From NCBI GenBank assembly GCA_029007865.1, contig JAQXIQ010000015.1:1-52156 (forward strand): a stretch of DNA of 52,156 nt, written 5' to 3'. The notes below the pieces were generated by a model, which ran no database searches, was not told the origin of the DNA, and worked only from the letters and a program-made list of their open reading frames with translations. The stretch's first letter is position 1. Every line of letters starts with the position of its first letter. Positions 1-10,500 of the stretch are shown piece by piece. The DNA is from Bacillota bacterium. Lineage in GTDB: Bacteria > Bacillota > Clostridia > Christensenellales > QALW01. Position numbers and translations under genes: made by a program.

Positions 1-476
1 TGTATGAGCCGGTGCTTCCCGAGGGTATGGAATACGGCGGAGTTCTCTTACACGGAGAAGAATACAGTTACTCCGTGTTTAACGGCAGGCGCGACAAGCG
101 GAACAGTTTTTGTATTACCACCATGGAAGGATTTGAAGCGGAGCTAGAGAGAAATATCGGATTTCTCAACAGTCCGGAGTATACAATTACCCAGCAGACC
201 GATGAGGGCGGGGGAAAAACGCGGTATAAGTATAGCTGGGAAACCCGGGACGGAGAGAAGTGCAGCGGCGAATCGGTGCTGCGCGTTATAACGGATAAGG
301 AGCGGGAGTACACAGTGGTTACCATCGAAAAAAGCAACCCAGGCCATTTCGTTTCGTATATATTCGTGCGGCAGGGAAACGACGGAGCCTATTTAGTATC
401 GCATAGCGTCGATGATTTTACGCTCCTTGAGACCGAGACGATAAAGGGGATAAAGCTCAGCAGGTTCAGGGGCTGA
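1..476 (+). CDS. Lipoprotein-family paralog, C-terminal part (5' end lies outside the window)
   Basis: The reading frame of ORF 12..476 is open to the left edge (..YEPVLPEGMEYGG..). The translated sequence parallels the C-terminal half of the next gene, and both end IKGIKLSRFRG*. Confidence 0.7.
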   Translation, partial: YEPVLPEGMEYGGVLLHGEEYSYSVFNGRRDKRNSFCITTMEGFEAELERNIGFLNSPEYTITQQTDEGGGKTRYKYSWETRDGEKCSGESVLRVITDKEREYTVVTIEKSNPGHFVSYIFVRQGNDGAYLVSHSVDDFTLLETETIKGIKLSRFRG

Positions 477-639
477 CGCAGGAGGAGATAACCTCCATCC
501 GACTTGTCAGGCTGGAGGACTGAAGAGGTTTTATGCGGCCGGAATTGAGTCCAAGAGAGCAAAACGGCCGTAATATGCCGGCACGGATAACAGCGAGAAT
601 ATATTGCGAAGACAATGCAGAAATTCGGAGGTAATATAT

Positions 640-1455
640 ATGAAAAAAGCAAAGGCGCTTATGACGCTTATATGCGCGCTTATGCTGGTGCTGTCCGGGT
701 GCGGAGGCGAACGCGTGATAGCTAAAGGCAGGTTTTTTACGCTGGTCAGGAAGGCTGACGGATGCTATATCAATTTCTCGCAGGAAATTATGGAAATAAC
801 CGATTATTACGCATCGCACTTCGGTGCCATGACGGAAGGCATGCCGTTTAACAACATAAGGGATATGAAGGACGCGCTGGTAAAGGATACGCTGGACAGG
901 AGCGGGGTAGTACATCTGAAAATGAAGGTTGCATACGGCGCCGGCGTGGAGAGCGCAAGGATATGCGACCCTTACGATTTGTATGAGCCTGTGCTTCCCG
1001 AGGGTATGGATTACGGCGGAGTTCTCTTGTACGGCGAAAAATACAGTTACTACGTGTTTAGCGGCAGCCACGACAAGGACAACGCATTTTGTATTACCAC
1101 TGAGGAAGGATTCGAGGCGAGGTTAGAAAGCTATACCGGATTTCTGAATAATCCGGAGTATACCATAACCCAGCAGACCGATGAGGGCGGGGGAAAAACG
1201 CGTTATAAGTATAGCTGGGAAACCCGGGACGGAGAGAAGTGCAGCGGCGAAGCGGTGCTGCGCGTTATAACGGATAAGGAGCGGGAGTACACAGTGGTTA
1301 CCATCGAAAACGGCATCCCAGGCTCTTTCGTTTCGTATATATTCGTGCGGCAGGGAAACGTCGGAGCCTATTTAGTATCTCATAGCGTCGATGATTTTAC
1401 ACTCCTTGAGACCGAGACGATAAAGGGGATAAAGCTCAGCAGGTTCAGGGGCTGA
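640..1455 (+). CDS. Putative lipoprotein of unknown function, tandem paralog of the preceding gene
   Basis: ATG at 640 is preceded by GGAGG (626-630). The N-terminus MKKAKALMTLICALMLVLSGC is a signal peptide with lipobox LSGC. The TTG at 604 used by the ORF track has no RBS. Confidence 0.8.
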   Translation: MKKAKALMTLICALMLVLSGCGGERVIAKGRFFTLVRKADGCYINFSQEIMEITDYYASHFGAMTEGMPFNNIRDMKDALVKDTLDRSGVVHLKMKVAYGAGVESARICDPYDLYEPVLPEGMDYGGVLLYGEKYSYYVFSGSHDKDNAFCITTEEGFEARLESYTGFLNNPEYTITQQTDEGGGKTRYKYSWETRDGEKCSGEAVLRVITDKEREYTVVTIENGIPGSFVSYIFVRQGNVGAYLVSHSVDDFTLLETETIKGIKLSRFRG

Positions 1456-1499
1456 CGGGAGCCGGGAAAGTGAGCCGGCGGAGACTGCAAAAGCAAAAG

Positions 1500-1528
1500 A
1501 ACGGCGCCGTTTCCGTGACGGCGCCGTT
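1500..1528. terminator. Hairpin between convergent genes (possible bidirectional terminator)
   Basis: Perfect 11-bp stem AACGGCGCCGT / ACGGCGCCGTT with a 7-nt loop. It is flanked by an A-rich stretch on the left (a T-run when read on the minus strand) and by TTTG on the right. Confidence 0.5.
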
Positions 1529-1628
1529 TGCATCCGTATATGCTTGATCTTGCATTATTGCCCGGTGCAAATTTGTTTGCGGTAGGCGCCGGGAAGGGGC
1601 GGACAGACCGGATACGGTATTGTTTGCT

Positions 1629-2522
1629 TTATACGCTGCCGTAGCGTTTGCGGTATTCCCTGGGAGGGATGCCGTTTTGCGCCTTAAAGCGCCGGCAAAA
1701 ATGCGAGGCGTCGTAAAAACCGCAAAGCTGAGAGATCTCGCTCAGCGGCAAAGCGGTGCTTTGCAGCAGCTCCCTTGCCTTTTGCAGGCGGAGCTGATGC
1801 AGATACTGCATGGGCGGCATACCCACCACGCTTTCGAAGCTCCTGCAAAGTGCCGACGGGGAGATATATACCGCCGCGCCGAGTGCTTCCAGGGAGAGGC
1901 TGTCCCCCAGATGCTCGTTCATGTATTGCACGCATTGCAGCACCGCAGCGCTCCCGGCCGCGGTCTGCAGACCGCAAGGCATATAATCGCGTGAATAGAT
2001 TTCGCAAAGCTCCGATATAACGAGCAGCCCCAGCGCGTTAAGCATGGCTCCGCTTTTGCGGTGCGTGCTGCGGTTTCCGTCACACAGCGCCTTGCAGCAG
2101 GGCAGCAGCTCGGATAGGGCGTTTTCCTTTAGACAAAGCGACATCCTGTTTCCGATTCCCCCGGCCATAAACAGGGCGGGATAAGCCGTCATGGCATTCA
2201 AATGTGCGCTGTACTGCATAAAAAACGAACGGTGAAAAATCAGATTAAGAACGTGCGCGTCGTTATGCTCCCCCGCCTCAAAGCCGTGCAAAACGCCCGG
2301 AGGCACTATAAAAACGCTTCCTCTTTGCGCCTGCTCCCGCCTTGAATCGATATGATGAAAGCAGGAGCCCTCCAGCACGATGCAGATCTCAACAAAATCA
2401 TGCATATGCATATCCATATAATATGAGATTTCTTCGTAGCCGCCCGCCAGCATATAGGGCGGCTTTCCGAAAAAATCCTCGCTGTAACACTTTTCATGCA
2501 CGCAGATCCCAAGCTTTTTCAC
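1629..2522 (-). CDS. AraC family transcriptional regulator (cupin sensor plus HTH)
   Basis: GTG start with GGAGG 7 nt upstream. The N-terminal region is cupin-like (HMHDFVEICIVLEGS..VPPGVLHGF). The C-terminal region is an AraC HTH (SLEALGAAVYISPSALCRSF..MPPMQYLHQLRLQKARELL..GFYDASHFCRRFK). Confidence 0.9.
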   Translation of the reverse strand: MKKLGICVHEKCYSEDFFGKPPYMLAGGYEEISYYMDMHMHDFVEICIVLEGSCFHHIDSRREQAQRGSVFIVPPGVLHGFEAGEHNDAHVLNLIFHRSFFMQYSAHLNAMTAYPALFMAGGIGNRMSLCLKENALSELLPCCKALCDGNRSTHRKSGAMLNALGLLVISELCEIYSRDYMPCGLQTAAGSAAVLQCVQYMNEHLGDSLSLEALGAAVYISPSALCRSFESVVGMPPMQYLHQLRLQKARELLQSTALPLSEISQLCGFYDASHFCRRFKAQNGIPPREYRKRYGSV

Positions 2523-2664
2523 ACAGATTCCTCCAAGCAGACATATTATATATTATTTTTACCCCGGTGTCCAGATTCCTGCGAAAATAATACAAATCTT
2601 TGCGCAATGCGTACAAGAAAAACAGGCATAAAGCCGCTATAATACAAGGCAGGGAGGTATAAAA

Positions 2665-5600
2665 ATGAAAACCAAGAAAAACAGCTTTATCCAAAGATTA
2701 TGCGGCTGCACCCTGGCGGGAATCCTGCTTCTGCCGTCTTTCGTGCTGCCGGTATATGCGGAAACGCTGAAATATTATGACGAAAGCGACGCAAAAATAT
2801 ATTTCTCTGCCGGATGGAACGCTTTTTCCGTGCCGGACGCCTATAGCGGCACGGTACACAGCGCACAGGCGGCGGAGGCACGGATGAAGGCGGAGCTCAA
2901 CAACTGCACAGCCATTGAGATCTATGGCGGAACCGGCCCGAACCGCGGCTGCTTTGACGTTTTTATCGACGGCGAAAAGGTCGGGAGCGTGAGCACCTAT
3001 TCGCAGGACGTAATAACGGATATATGCCTGTACAAAGCCGAAAACCTGGAAAGGGGAACACATACGGTGGAGATTGCGACAACCGGAACAAAGGATCAGA
3101 GTTCGTATGATACATGGGTGGAAATAGACAAAATTGCCTCGGACGGGGAGCTGATCAAGACATCGCAGGAGGTGACCGACCCGGAGCGGGGAAACCAGAT
3201 AATTGACGATACGCTGGCGGAATATGAAGGCACAACATGGACTGCCTACGCACAGCTCGACCCTTCCAGAGGGTATTACATGAACACCGCCACATCCTGC
3301 ACGACCGCGGGCAGCAGCGTAACTTATACCTTTGCATACTGCACGGGCATCCGTTGGTACAGCACCTCTAACGGCGCGTATGCCACCGCCGATGTATATA
3401 TCGACGGGGAAAAGCGTGCCACGGTAAAGGTGGGCGAGATGAAGAATTCCGCGCCGTGGGCGGTTTTCGACAGCGGCGAGCTACCCGGCGGAACCCATAC
3501 CGTCACCATCGTTCATGCCGGCGAAGAGGGGAAATATCTGGAGGTGGACAGGCTGATAGGCGTGGGCGAGAACAAAGCGGGCTACAGCACCGTGCGCGCC
3601 GCCAATCCTAACTTTTTTATCCCCATCGGAAGCTTTTCAAGGGAAAACGGTGCGCTGCATACCAAAACGCCCGGATCGCGCGTGCTTTTCAGCTTCTCCG
3701 GTGCAAGCGCTGTCATAACATGCGAAAAAACCGGGGGCAAAGCCGAAATCCTTGTGGACGGTGAAAGCCGCGGCGAATATGACCTTAACACGGAGGAGCT
3801 TTTCAAGGTGCAGGGACTTTCGGAAGACTCCTTTCACATGATGGAAATCGTGCTGAAGGAGGGGGAAATGGTTGTAAAAGACGCTCGGTTGGAAAATCCG
3901 TACAGTGTGGCAAGCAGGCTGAACCAGCAGGCAAGCGAAGAGCTTGAGCGCATTGAACAGCACGAAAAAGAAATTTACGATGAATCCCTTTGGCGTCCCG
4001 TCTCCAAAAAGGCGCAAATGCCGGAACGCGGCGTAACGCTGGGAAACGGCGTGTTCCTTGATGCTTTTAATAAGAATATTACTTATCTTAAGCACTGTGC
4101 GAATAAACATATGTATGTCAACATGACTTCGGTCTGGACGGATGCGCTTACAGCCTCCACAGAGGGCCGCATGATGGCGGGAACTGGCAATTCCCTGCGG
4201 TGGATAGAGGACGCCGAGCTGGAAGAGATTTTGGATAAGCTGCTTGCGACCGTTGAAGCGCGCGCGGAGGCAAACGGATGGTGCTTGCCGTATGAAAGCG
4301 ACCGCTTTGCCCCTCACCCCGGCGATATGATAGACGAAGACCGCAACTATGACCGCGTAATGTTCACCCGCGGCCTTGTAGCCGCAGGCAAAGCAGGCAA
4401 GGAAAACGCCTACACGCTGCTGCGCAACTTCTACGACTGGTTCAACCGGTGCGAATATCTGCCCACCATGCTAAGCGGAGGAATGGGGACGCAGGGCTCT
4501 CTGGGAACGATTCTGGCTTGGGAAAGCCCTGTGGGAAAGGCGGAAGACCTTTACACCAACATGAAGTATTACGACATGGACTGGTGGCTGGAAAGCCTTG
4601 CAAACGGCGTTCCGGAAGCGATTTACCGCTATCCGCTTAACCGCCCGCACGGCTACCTATTGGTAAGCATGGAAGCCTTCCTGGCAGAATATATCGCCAC
4701 CGGGCAGCAGAAATATCTTGATGCGGTTCTGGGCGCGTGGAATATTTTTTACAACTATTATGTTACCACCGGCGGCGGCATCTGCATTTGCGAAGGTCCG
4801 ACATATCTGCCCGGCAACTATACGCTTAACACCAAGCACGGCGTATATGAAAACTGCAACAATGTGTTTTGGGTGGAGCTGAATTCGCGCCTGCTTGAGC
4901 TGTTTCCCACGGAGGAAAAATATGCCGCACAGATCGAACAGTGTCTTTACAATATGCTGCTTGCGTCGCAGGATCAAAACGGAAATATCCGATACTTCCA
5001 GCTTTACAACGGGCAGAAGTCCAGCGCCGCAGCAATAAATACCTGCTGTGAGAATATGGGATGCGGCCAGCTGGCCTCCCTGCCGCAATACATCTATTCC
5101 GTTGCGGAGGACGGGATCTATGTCAACCTGTTTGCTGCCTCCTCCATTACATTTGAGGCGGGCGGAAGGCCGTTTACGCTCAGTAGTGAAACGGAATTCC
5201 CGTACCAAAACAATGTTGTTCTGACGGTGGGCGGAAACGGAGCGATGAAGCTGCGCTTGCGCATTCCCTCCTGGAACGGCGCCGATACCGACATTTTTGT
5301 AAACGGTGAAAAAATCGGCACAGGTAAAGCCGGTACCTATTTTGAGATAGACCGCGATTTTGCCGGCGGCGATAAGATCACCTTTACCCTGCACCCCGAA
5401 GCCAGACTGATCCCTTACACGGGAGAGACGCAGGTGGAGGGTGCGGAACGGTATGCTCTGGTCTACGGCCCCATTCTTATGGCCGCACAGGGCAAACTGA
5501 ACTACACACACAAAATCGATAATGAAGATGTGAGAACCATCCATTTGGGCGTTGACGCCAAAACGCTGGCTGGGGAGCTTAAACAGGAAGATAAGCTATG

Positions 5601-5880
5601 CTTTACTGCCGACATATTGAACGGAACTGTCTTTGTGCCGTACATGAGCATACAAAACGAGAGCTTCTCCGTGTTCCCGCTGTTTGAGCCGGAAGCCGGT
5701 CTGCCCGACGATAAGCCCACGGCAGGGGCAACCGCGACCGCAGAGCCCACGGCAAGCGCAGGGCAGTCTGCCCCTGCCGGAGATTTTAACGCCGCATGGC
5801 TCGTATGCGGCGGCGTGCTTGCTGCAGCGGGCGGGGTTGCTGCCGCTGTAATCGCCGCAAAAAAGAAAAAGAAATCTTAA
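2665..5880 (+). CDS. Secreted multi-domain glycoside hydrolase, GH127/GH146 (DUF1680, beta-L-arabinofuranosidase-like), with three N-terminal CBM-like beta-sandwich modules and a C-terminal membrane anchor
   Basis: RBS GGGAGG, then a signal peptide (..LLLPSFVLPVYAE). Three related modules each contain V(F/Y)IDGEK..GTHTV. The DUF1680-like core carries YENC (the E-x-C zinc/catalytic motif) and NTCCEN (the Cys-Cys pair). The tail is a P/T/A-rich linker, a hydrophobic helix and KKKKKS. Confidence 0.8.
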   Translation: MKTKKNSFIQRLCGCTLAGILLLPSFVLPVYAETLKYYDESDAKIYFSAGWNAFSVPDAYSGTVHSAQAAEARMKAELNNCTAIEIYGGTGPNRGCFDVFIDGEKVGSVSTYSQDVITDICLYKAENLERGTHTVEIATTGTKDQSSYDTWVEIDKIASDGELIKTSQEVTDPERGNQIIDDTLAEYEGTTWTAYAQLDPSRGYYMNTATSCTTAGSSVTYTFAYCTGIRWYSTSNGAYATADVYIDGEKRATVKVGEMKNSAPWAVFDSGELPGGTHTVTIVHAGEEGKYLEVDRLIGVGENKAGYSTVRAANPNFFIPIGSFSRENGALHTKTPGSRVLFSFSGASAVITCEKTGGKAEILVDGESRGEYDLNTEELFKVQGLSEDSFHMMEIVLKEGEMVVKDARLENPYSVASRLNQQASEELERIEQHEKEIYDESLWRPVSKKAQMPERGVTLGNGVFLDAFNKNITYLKHCANKHMYVNMTSVWTDALTASTEGRMMAGTGNSLRWIEDAELEEILDKLLATVEARAEANGWCLPYESDRFAPHPGDMIDEDRNYDRVMFTRGLVAAGKAGKENAYTLLRNFYDWFNRCEYLPTMLSGGMGTQGSLGTILAWESPVGKAEDLYTNMKYYDMDWWLESLANGVPEAIYRYPLNRPHGYLLVSMEAFLAEYIATGQQKYLDAVLGAWNIFYNYYVTTGGGICICEGPTYLPGNYTLNTKHGVYENCNNVFWVELNSRLLELFPTEEKYAAQIEQCLYNMLLASQDQNGNIRYFQLYNGQKSSAAAINTCCENMGCGQLASLPQYIYSVAEDGIYVNLFAASSITFEAGGRPFTLSSETEFPYQNNVVLTVGGNGAMKLRLRIPSWNGADTDIFVNGEKIGTGKAGTYFEIDRDFAGGDKITFTLHPEARLIPYTGETQVEGAERYALVYGPILMAAQGKLNYTHKIDNEDVRTIHLGVDAKTLAGELKQEDKLCFTADILNGTVFVPYMSIQNESFSVFPLFEPEAGLPDDKPTAGATATAEPTASAGQSAPAGDFNAAWLVCGGVLAAAGGVAAAVIAAKKKKKS

Positions 5881-5920
5881 AACACGGATTTCCGAAAACA
5901 AAAGGCAAATAGGTAACAGA

Positions 5921-5971
5921 AACAGCGCCGTTTCCGTGCTTGCAGCACGGAGGCGGCGCTGTTTTGGTTTT
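5921..5971 (+). terminator. Rho-independent terminator between convergent genes
   Basis: Long hairpin with outer stem CAGCGCCG/CGGCGCTG and inner stem CCGTGC/GCACGG, followed by TTTTGGTTTT. Confidence 0.75.
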
Positions 5972-5987
5972 ATTAAGGAAGCGAGGA

Positions 5988-7268
5988 TCAGGAATTTCTG
6001 CCTATTTTGCCGTAATGAACGATGCGGTCGCTAAGCTCGGGCATGGTCTCCAAAGCCTTATTTGCGAACATGGCGTCGCCCGCGTTGGCGGTTGCGGCCT
6101 TTTCGTGACCTATAAGAGCCCAGGTGGAATCGATGAGGTTGTGATACAGCGGATTCTGCAGAGCCTTGCAGATAAACACCTGACGCGGGGAATTGATATC
6201 CTCGCCGCTTATCTGGAACAGCGAATAGCGCTCGCAAAGGGCGCGCAGACGGGTGAGCTGCTCCTGGGTATTGCGGGAGGGCATATAAGTGACCGCGCGG
6301 AAGCCCAGCTTGCTGATTATTTCAAACAGCTCGTCAAGGTAGGAGTCCTCAAAGCACTGGGCGCGCTTGTCGCCGGTTACGCTCTGCCCGACATCGCCAA
6401 GATATGCGTATGCGGAAATTGCTCCGATTTCATCGGCAAAGGCAAGCGCCTTTTCCACCGGCATGCACTCCAGGTCTGCGTCGATATAGAAGAAGCCGGT
6501 ATCGCTCTTGAGCACTCCCAGAAGGTCGTAATCGTAATAAGGATTTGCCGGGTCGCTGAGCTGTGCCTCCTGCTTGGCGTTTACATTCATGCCCAGGCTG
6601 TTTTTGACAAACTCAAGCGCGTCGGCGCCTCTGCCGTATTTGTCCACAATGGCCTTTACCAGAGCAAACAGAACATGGCGTTCGGTAACTCCGCCGCCCT
6701 CGCAGGCGCAGCTTATGGGAAGTACGTCGCGTTCAAAATCAAGGACTATGCCCGCCGGGGCTGTTTTAAGGTTTATACGCTCTATCATGGCCTTGTTGCG
6801 CTTGTTGCGCTCGGCGCGGTAGGGAGCCATGAAGCTGTTGACTTTTTCTATTGCGGTGTGGGGGACACCGTGCAGGGCCATATATGCAACTCCGGACTGG
6901 TCGGGGTTGTTGATGCGGCGGTCGGCAAGCGGGGTGCCCTTGAAGCTGACGCGGATCTCAAGACCTATGGTGGTGGGCAGGCCCATGATTTTGCCCGCCT
7001 CGATAAATTCCTCAGCTCCGCTTATGGAATCGTGATCCATGATGCCGGCGGTGCAAAGGCCGGAAGTGTATGCCATCCAGACTGCCTTTGAGGGGCTGTA
7101 GGGGGAGAAGGAATAAATCGTATGTATGTGGTTGTTGATATCGTTACCGCGCTGCGGGGCCGGGATTTCGTTTGAATCCACCATTTTTTTGAGCTTTCTC
7201 AGCGCGTCAAGGCGCTCCGCGCAAGACGCGGCATTGAGCTGAGCCGTCAGGCTGTCTACAGTATCCAT
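5988..7268 (-). CDS. PHP-domain metal-dependent phosphoesterase
   Basis: GGAGG lies 7 nt upstream of the ATG. PHP motifs are present: NNHIHTIYSFSPYSPSKAV..TAGIMDHDSISGAEEF. The 383-aa ORF on the opposite strand is a shadow ORF. Confidence 0.85.
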   Translation of the reverse strand: MDTVDSLTAQLNAASCAERLDALRKLKKMVDSNEIPAPQRGNDINNHIHTIYSFSPYSPSKAVWMAYTSGLCTAGIMDHDSISGAEEFIEAGKIMGLPTTIGLEIRVSFKGTPLADRRINNPDQSGVAYMALHGVPHTAIEKVNSFMAPYRAERNKRNKAMIERINLKTAPAGIVLDFERDVLPISCACEGGGVTERHVLFALVKAIVDKYGRGADALEFVKNSLGMNVNAKQEAQLSDPANPYYDYDLLGVLKSDTGFFYIDADLECMPVEKALAFADEIGAISAYAYLGDVGQSVTGDKRAQCFEDSYLDELFEIISKLGFRAVTYMPSRNTQEQLTRLRALCERYSLFQISGEDINSPRQVFICKALQNPLYHNLIDSTWALIGHEKAATANAGDAMFANKALETMPELSDRIVHYGKIGRNS

Positions 7269-7551
7269 TGTGATTCCTCCGTTGCTTTGCTGAGCTTGAA
7301 ATTATTTTTGCTCCCGCGCATGACAAAACCGTGTCTTTGCCGCGAGCGGGACGATTCGCTGCTAAGTATTATAACAATAATCGATATAAAATGCAAGATA
7401 ATAAGAGCAATTTTCCCAAGCGGAAAGGGATTAAGGGAGGCTGGATGCATTAAAGTTCAAAGATAATACCTGGCAGTTTTATTCATATTATAATCTGTGC
7501 GCCTATATAATATTAATGACAGCTGTCTGAAATTAAAAAGGAGGAATTTGC

Positions 7552-10500
7552 ATGAAACGAATTATTATGCGGTTCAGACCCGTAACGGTACTGATGCTTG
7601 TAATGCTGCTTGCCGGCTGTCCTTTTGCGGACGCCGCAACCGAAAGCGCGGCAAGCCGGAGCGGTGAAGCAGCCTGCGGCACGGATTCAGGAAGCGGTTT
7701 GAGGGTTATGCACCTCGATGCGCAGCCCGCGGCGGCAGCGCAAGTCAGCCGGTTCGCGGCGGCAGATACTGCAAGTCCGTCCGCTCCGGCAAGCGTAAAC
7801 GCTGTTGCCGTGAGCAGAACCGGTGTAAAAATCTCCTGGTCGGCTGCCGCGGATGCCGACGCATACTTTCTGAAGCGCTATAATTCCGGGACGGGGGAGT
7901 GGGACATAATAGCGCAGACGACAGGACTTGAGTATAACGACACGGGGCTTACGGCAAACACTGCGTACAGGTATCATGTGGTGGCGTATAGAATAGAGGA
8001 CGGACTGGTAAGGTTCGCTCAGCCCAGCGCGGAGGCCTGTGCCGTTACTCCCCAGTATGCGTATGCGCCGGACAGTGTAAGTGCAGTCCCTGCCGGCAGG
8101 ACAAACATAACGGTATCCTGGTCGGCGGCGGCGGGCGCAGACGCATATTTTGTAAAGCGATATAATGCTGCCACCGGGGAGTGGGATATATTTGCGCAGA
8201 CTGCCGGGCTTTGCACAACGGATACGAATCTGATCCCCGGAACAAGTTACAGGTATCATGTGGTGGCGTATGCCGTCATAGACGGGATTGTGCGTTTTGC
8301 ACCCGTAAGCGCGGAGGCTCAGGCGGCCACGCCGCAGTATGCGTGCGCGCCGGCAAGCGTAAATGCTTATGCGGACTCTCCGGTTTCGGTAACGGTGTCC
8401 TGGTCGGCGGCGGCGGGCGCCGACGCATATTTTCTGAAGCGGTATAATACCGTCACCGGGGAGTGGGACATTATTGCCCAGACTACGGGATATTCCTTTA
8501 CCGATTCAAACCGCAGCCCCGGTACTGATTACAGATATCATGTGGTGGCGTATGCCGTTATAGACGGAACGGTGCGCTTTGCACCGGTGAGCGCGGAGGC
8601 TTCCGTAACCACTCCGCTGTATGTCTATGCGCCTTCGGAGGTTACGGCATCCGCAGTAAGCGCATACGCGGTGAAAATAGAGTGGAACGCCTCGGCGGGA
8701 GCGGAGGGCTATGCACTTAAAAGATATAATGCGTCCACCGGCGAATGGGATATACTGCTGCAGACAACGCTGCTGTCATACACCGACATGGGATGCGCGC
8801 CGCAGAGTGAATACCGTTATCATGTGGTGGCTTACTGCATGGCGGACGGGAGCGTGAGGTATGCTCCGGTAAGCCGGGAGGTGACGGCAGCAACGCCGTC
8901 CTTCGGACAGTCGCCGGCATCCCTTGAGGCGGAGGCCGGGGCAAGCCGGGTGAAGCTTTCCTGGCAGGCGGCGCCGGGCGCGCAGGCCTACGCCATTAAA
9001 AGATACAATGAGGTCTCCGGAGGCTGGGATGTGATAGCCCAGACCGCTGCGACGGACTATACCGACAAGGGCAGAGAGGCTTTGACGACATACAGATATA
9101 CGGTGGTGCCGTATGCGACGTCGGGGTCGCAGACCCATTATGCCGCAGCCGCAGAGACTTCGGCTTCCACGCCGGCAGTATCGGCGCCGGAGTCGGTTAC
9201 GGCGTATGCGGCGGGCAGAAACGAGATAACCCTGCACTGGGACCAGGGGGACAGGGCTGAGGGATATGTTCTGCGGCGCAGTACGAGCGCGGACGGCGGC
9301 TTTGAAAACGTGGTTACCACTGCTGACAGGGTTTATACCGATACGGGGCTTACGACGGGACAGACATATTATTACGAAGTTATGGCATACCGGTATATTA
9401 ACGGAGAGCAAGTGCTTGCTCCGGCGCTTTGCATGGCTCAGGCTGCGCCGCAGGGCGAAACGGCAGCCTATACTGCGGCAGGATATAATAATGATCGCGT
9501 TGTGGGGCTGGATTCGCGCGGCAGGGCGTTCGGGGCAATAAACGGATACAAGGACAACCGCGCCGTGGGAGTGATGTACTGGCCGTGGTTCGGTACGGGT
9601 GCGCCGTTTTTTGACGATATATATGATATTTCCGTGATACTTTCGCAGCCGGACGGTTTTAACAAGCTGTTCTATCAGGACACTCCGGACAGTCCGGCGG
9701 GAGGTACACACTACTGGGGCGAGCCGCTTTGGGGGTATTATCACTCCAGGGATCCGTATGTTTTGCGCAGACAGCTGGAGCTGCTTACGAATGCGGGAGT
9801 GGATTTCCTGTTTCTGGATACCACTAATGCGTGGATTTATACGGAAGCGGTGACCGACCTTATGCGGCTTATTGACGAAATGCAGCGTGAGGGCTGGAAT
9901 CCGCCCAAGATAGTGTACTATACGCATTCACATTCGTTAGACACCATACGCTCCATTTATAATGAGGTTTACAGCAGGAACCTGTACCCGGGAACCTGGT
10001 ACAGGATAAACGGAAAGCCCGTAATAATCGGCTATACCAATGTCTCTGACGATCTTGCCGAGGCAGCGGTAAGAGGGGATACGGAGTATAATCCGGCGCC
10101 TCTGTCCCAGGAAATACTGTCCTTTTTCACCTTCAGAATGCCGCAGTGGCCGGATGAAGCATACCGCAGCGACGGTTTTCCCTGGATAGAGTTCAGCTAT
10201 CCGCAGCCTATGCACGGCAATGTGATGAATGTGTCCGCGGCCTCAAATACCATGCCGCCCTTCTCGTTTTCCCTTACAAGAGGGCTGAATAACTGGGGAC
10301 GCGGCTACAATACGGCAACCGGCGCCAACAGCTATGCGGATGTGTTTAACGGGCGCTTTTTCCAGAGCTCCTGGGATACGGTATTAAACTCCTCCGTTCA
10401 GCCGGAAACCGTCACGGTCAACGGCTGGAATCAGTGGGTGGCGGGCAAGAACTGGTATGACTCCGAGTACTCCTTCTGTGACGTTGTCAATATGGAGTTT

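Noticed and set aside
604-639. Upstream TTG start (MRRQCRNSEVIY..) for the lipoprotein gene.
   Set aside because: It has no Shine-Dalgarno. ATG 640 has GGAGG at the proper distance and yields a canonical lipoprotein signal peptide.
1503-5938. A shared 14-mer, GCGCCGTTTCCGTG, in the two terminator hairpins at 1500-1528 and 5921-5971, considered as a possible REP-like dispersed element.
   Set aside because: There are only two copies, the shared part is short, and both sit in GC-rich stems of otherwise different hairpins. A 14-mer match within 52 kb of GC-biased sequence is compatible with chance. It would need genome-wide counting.
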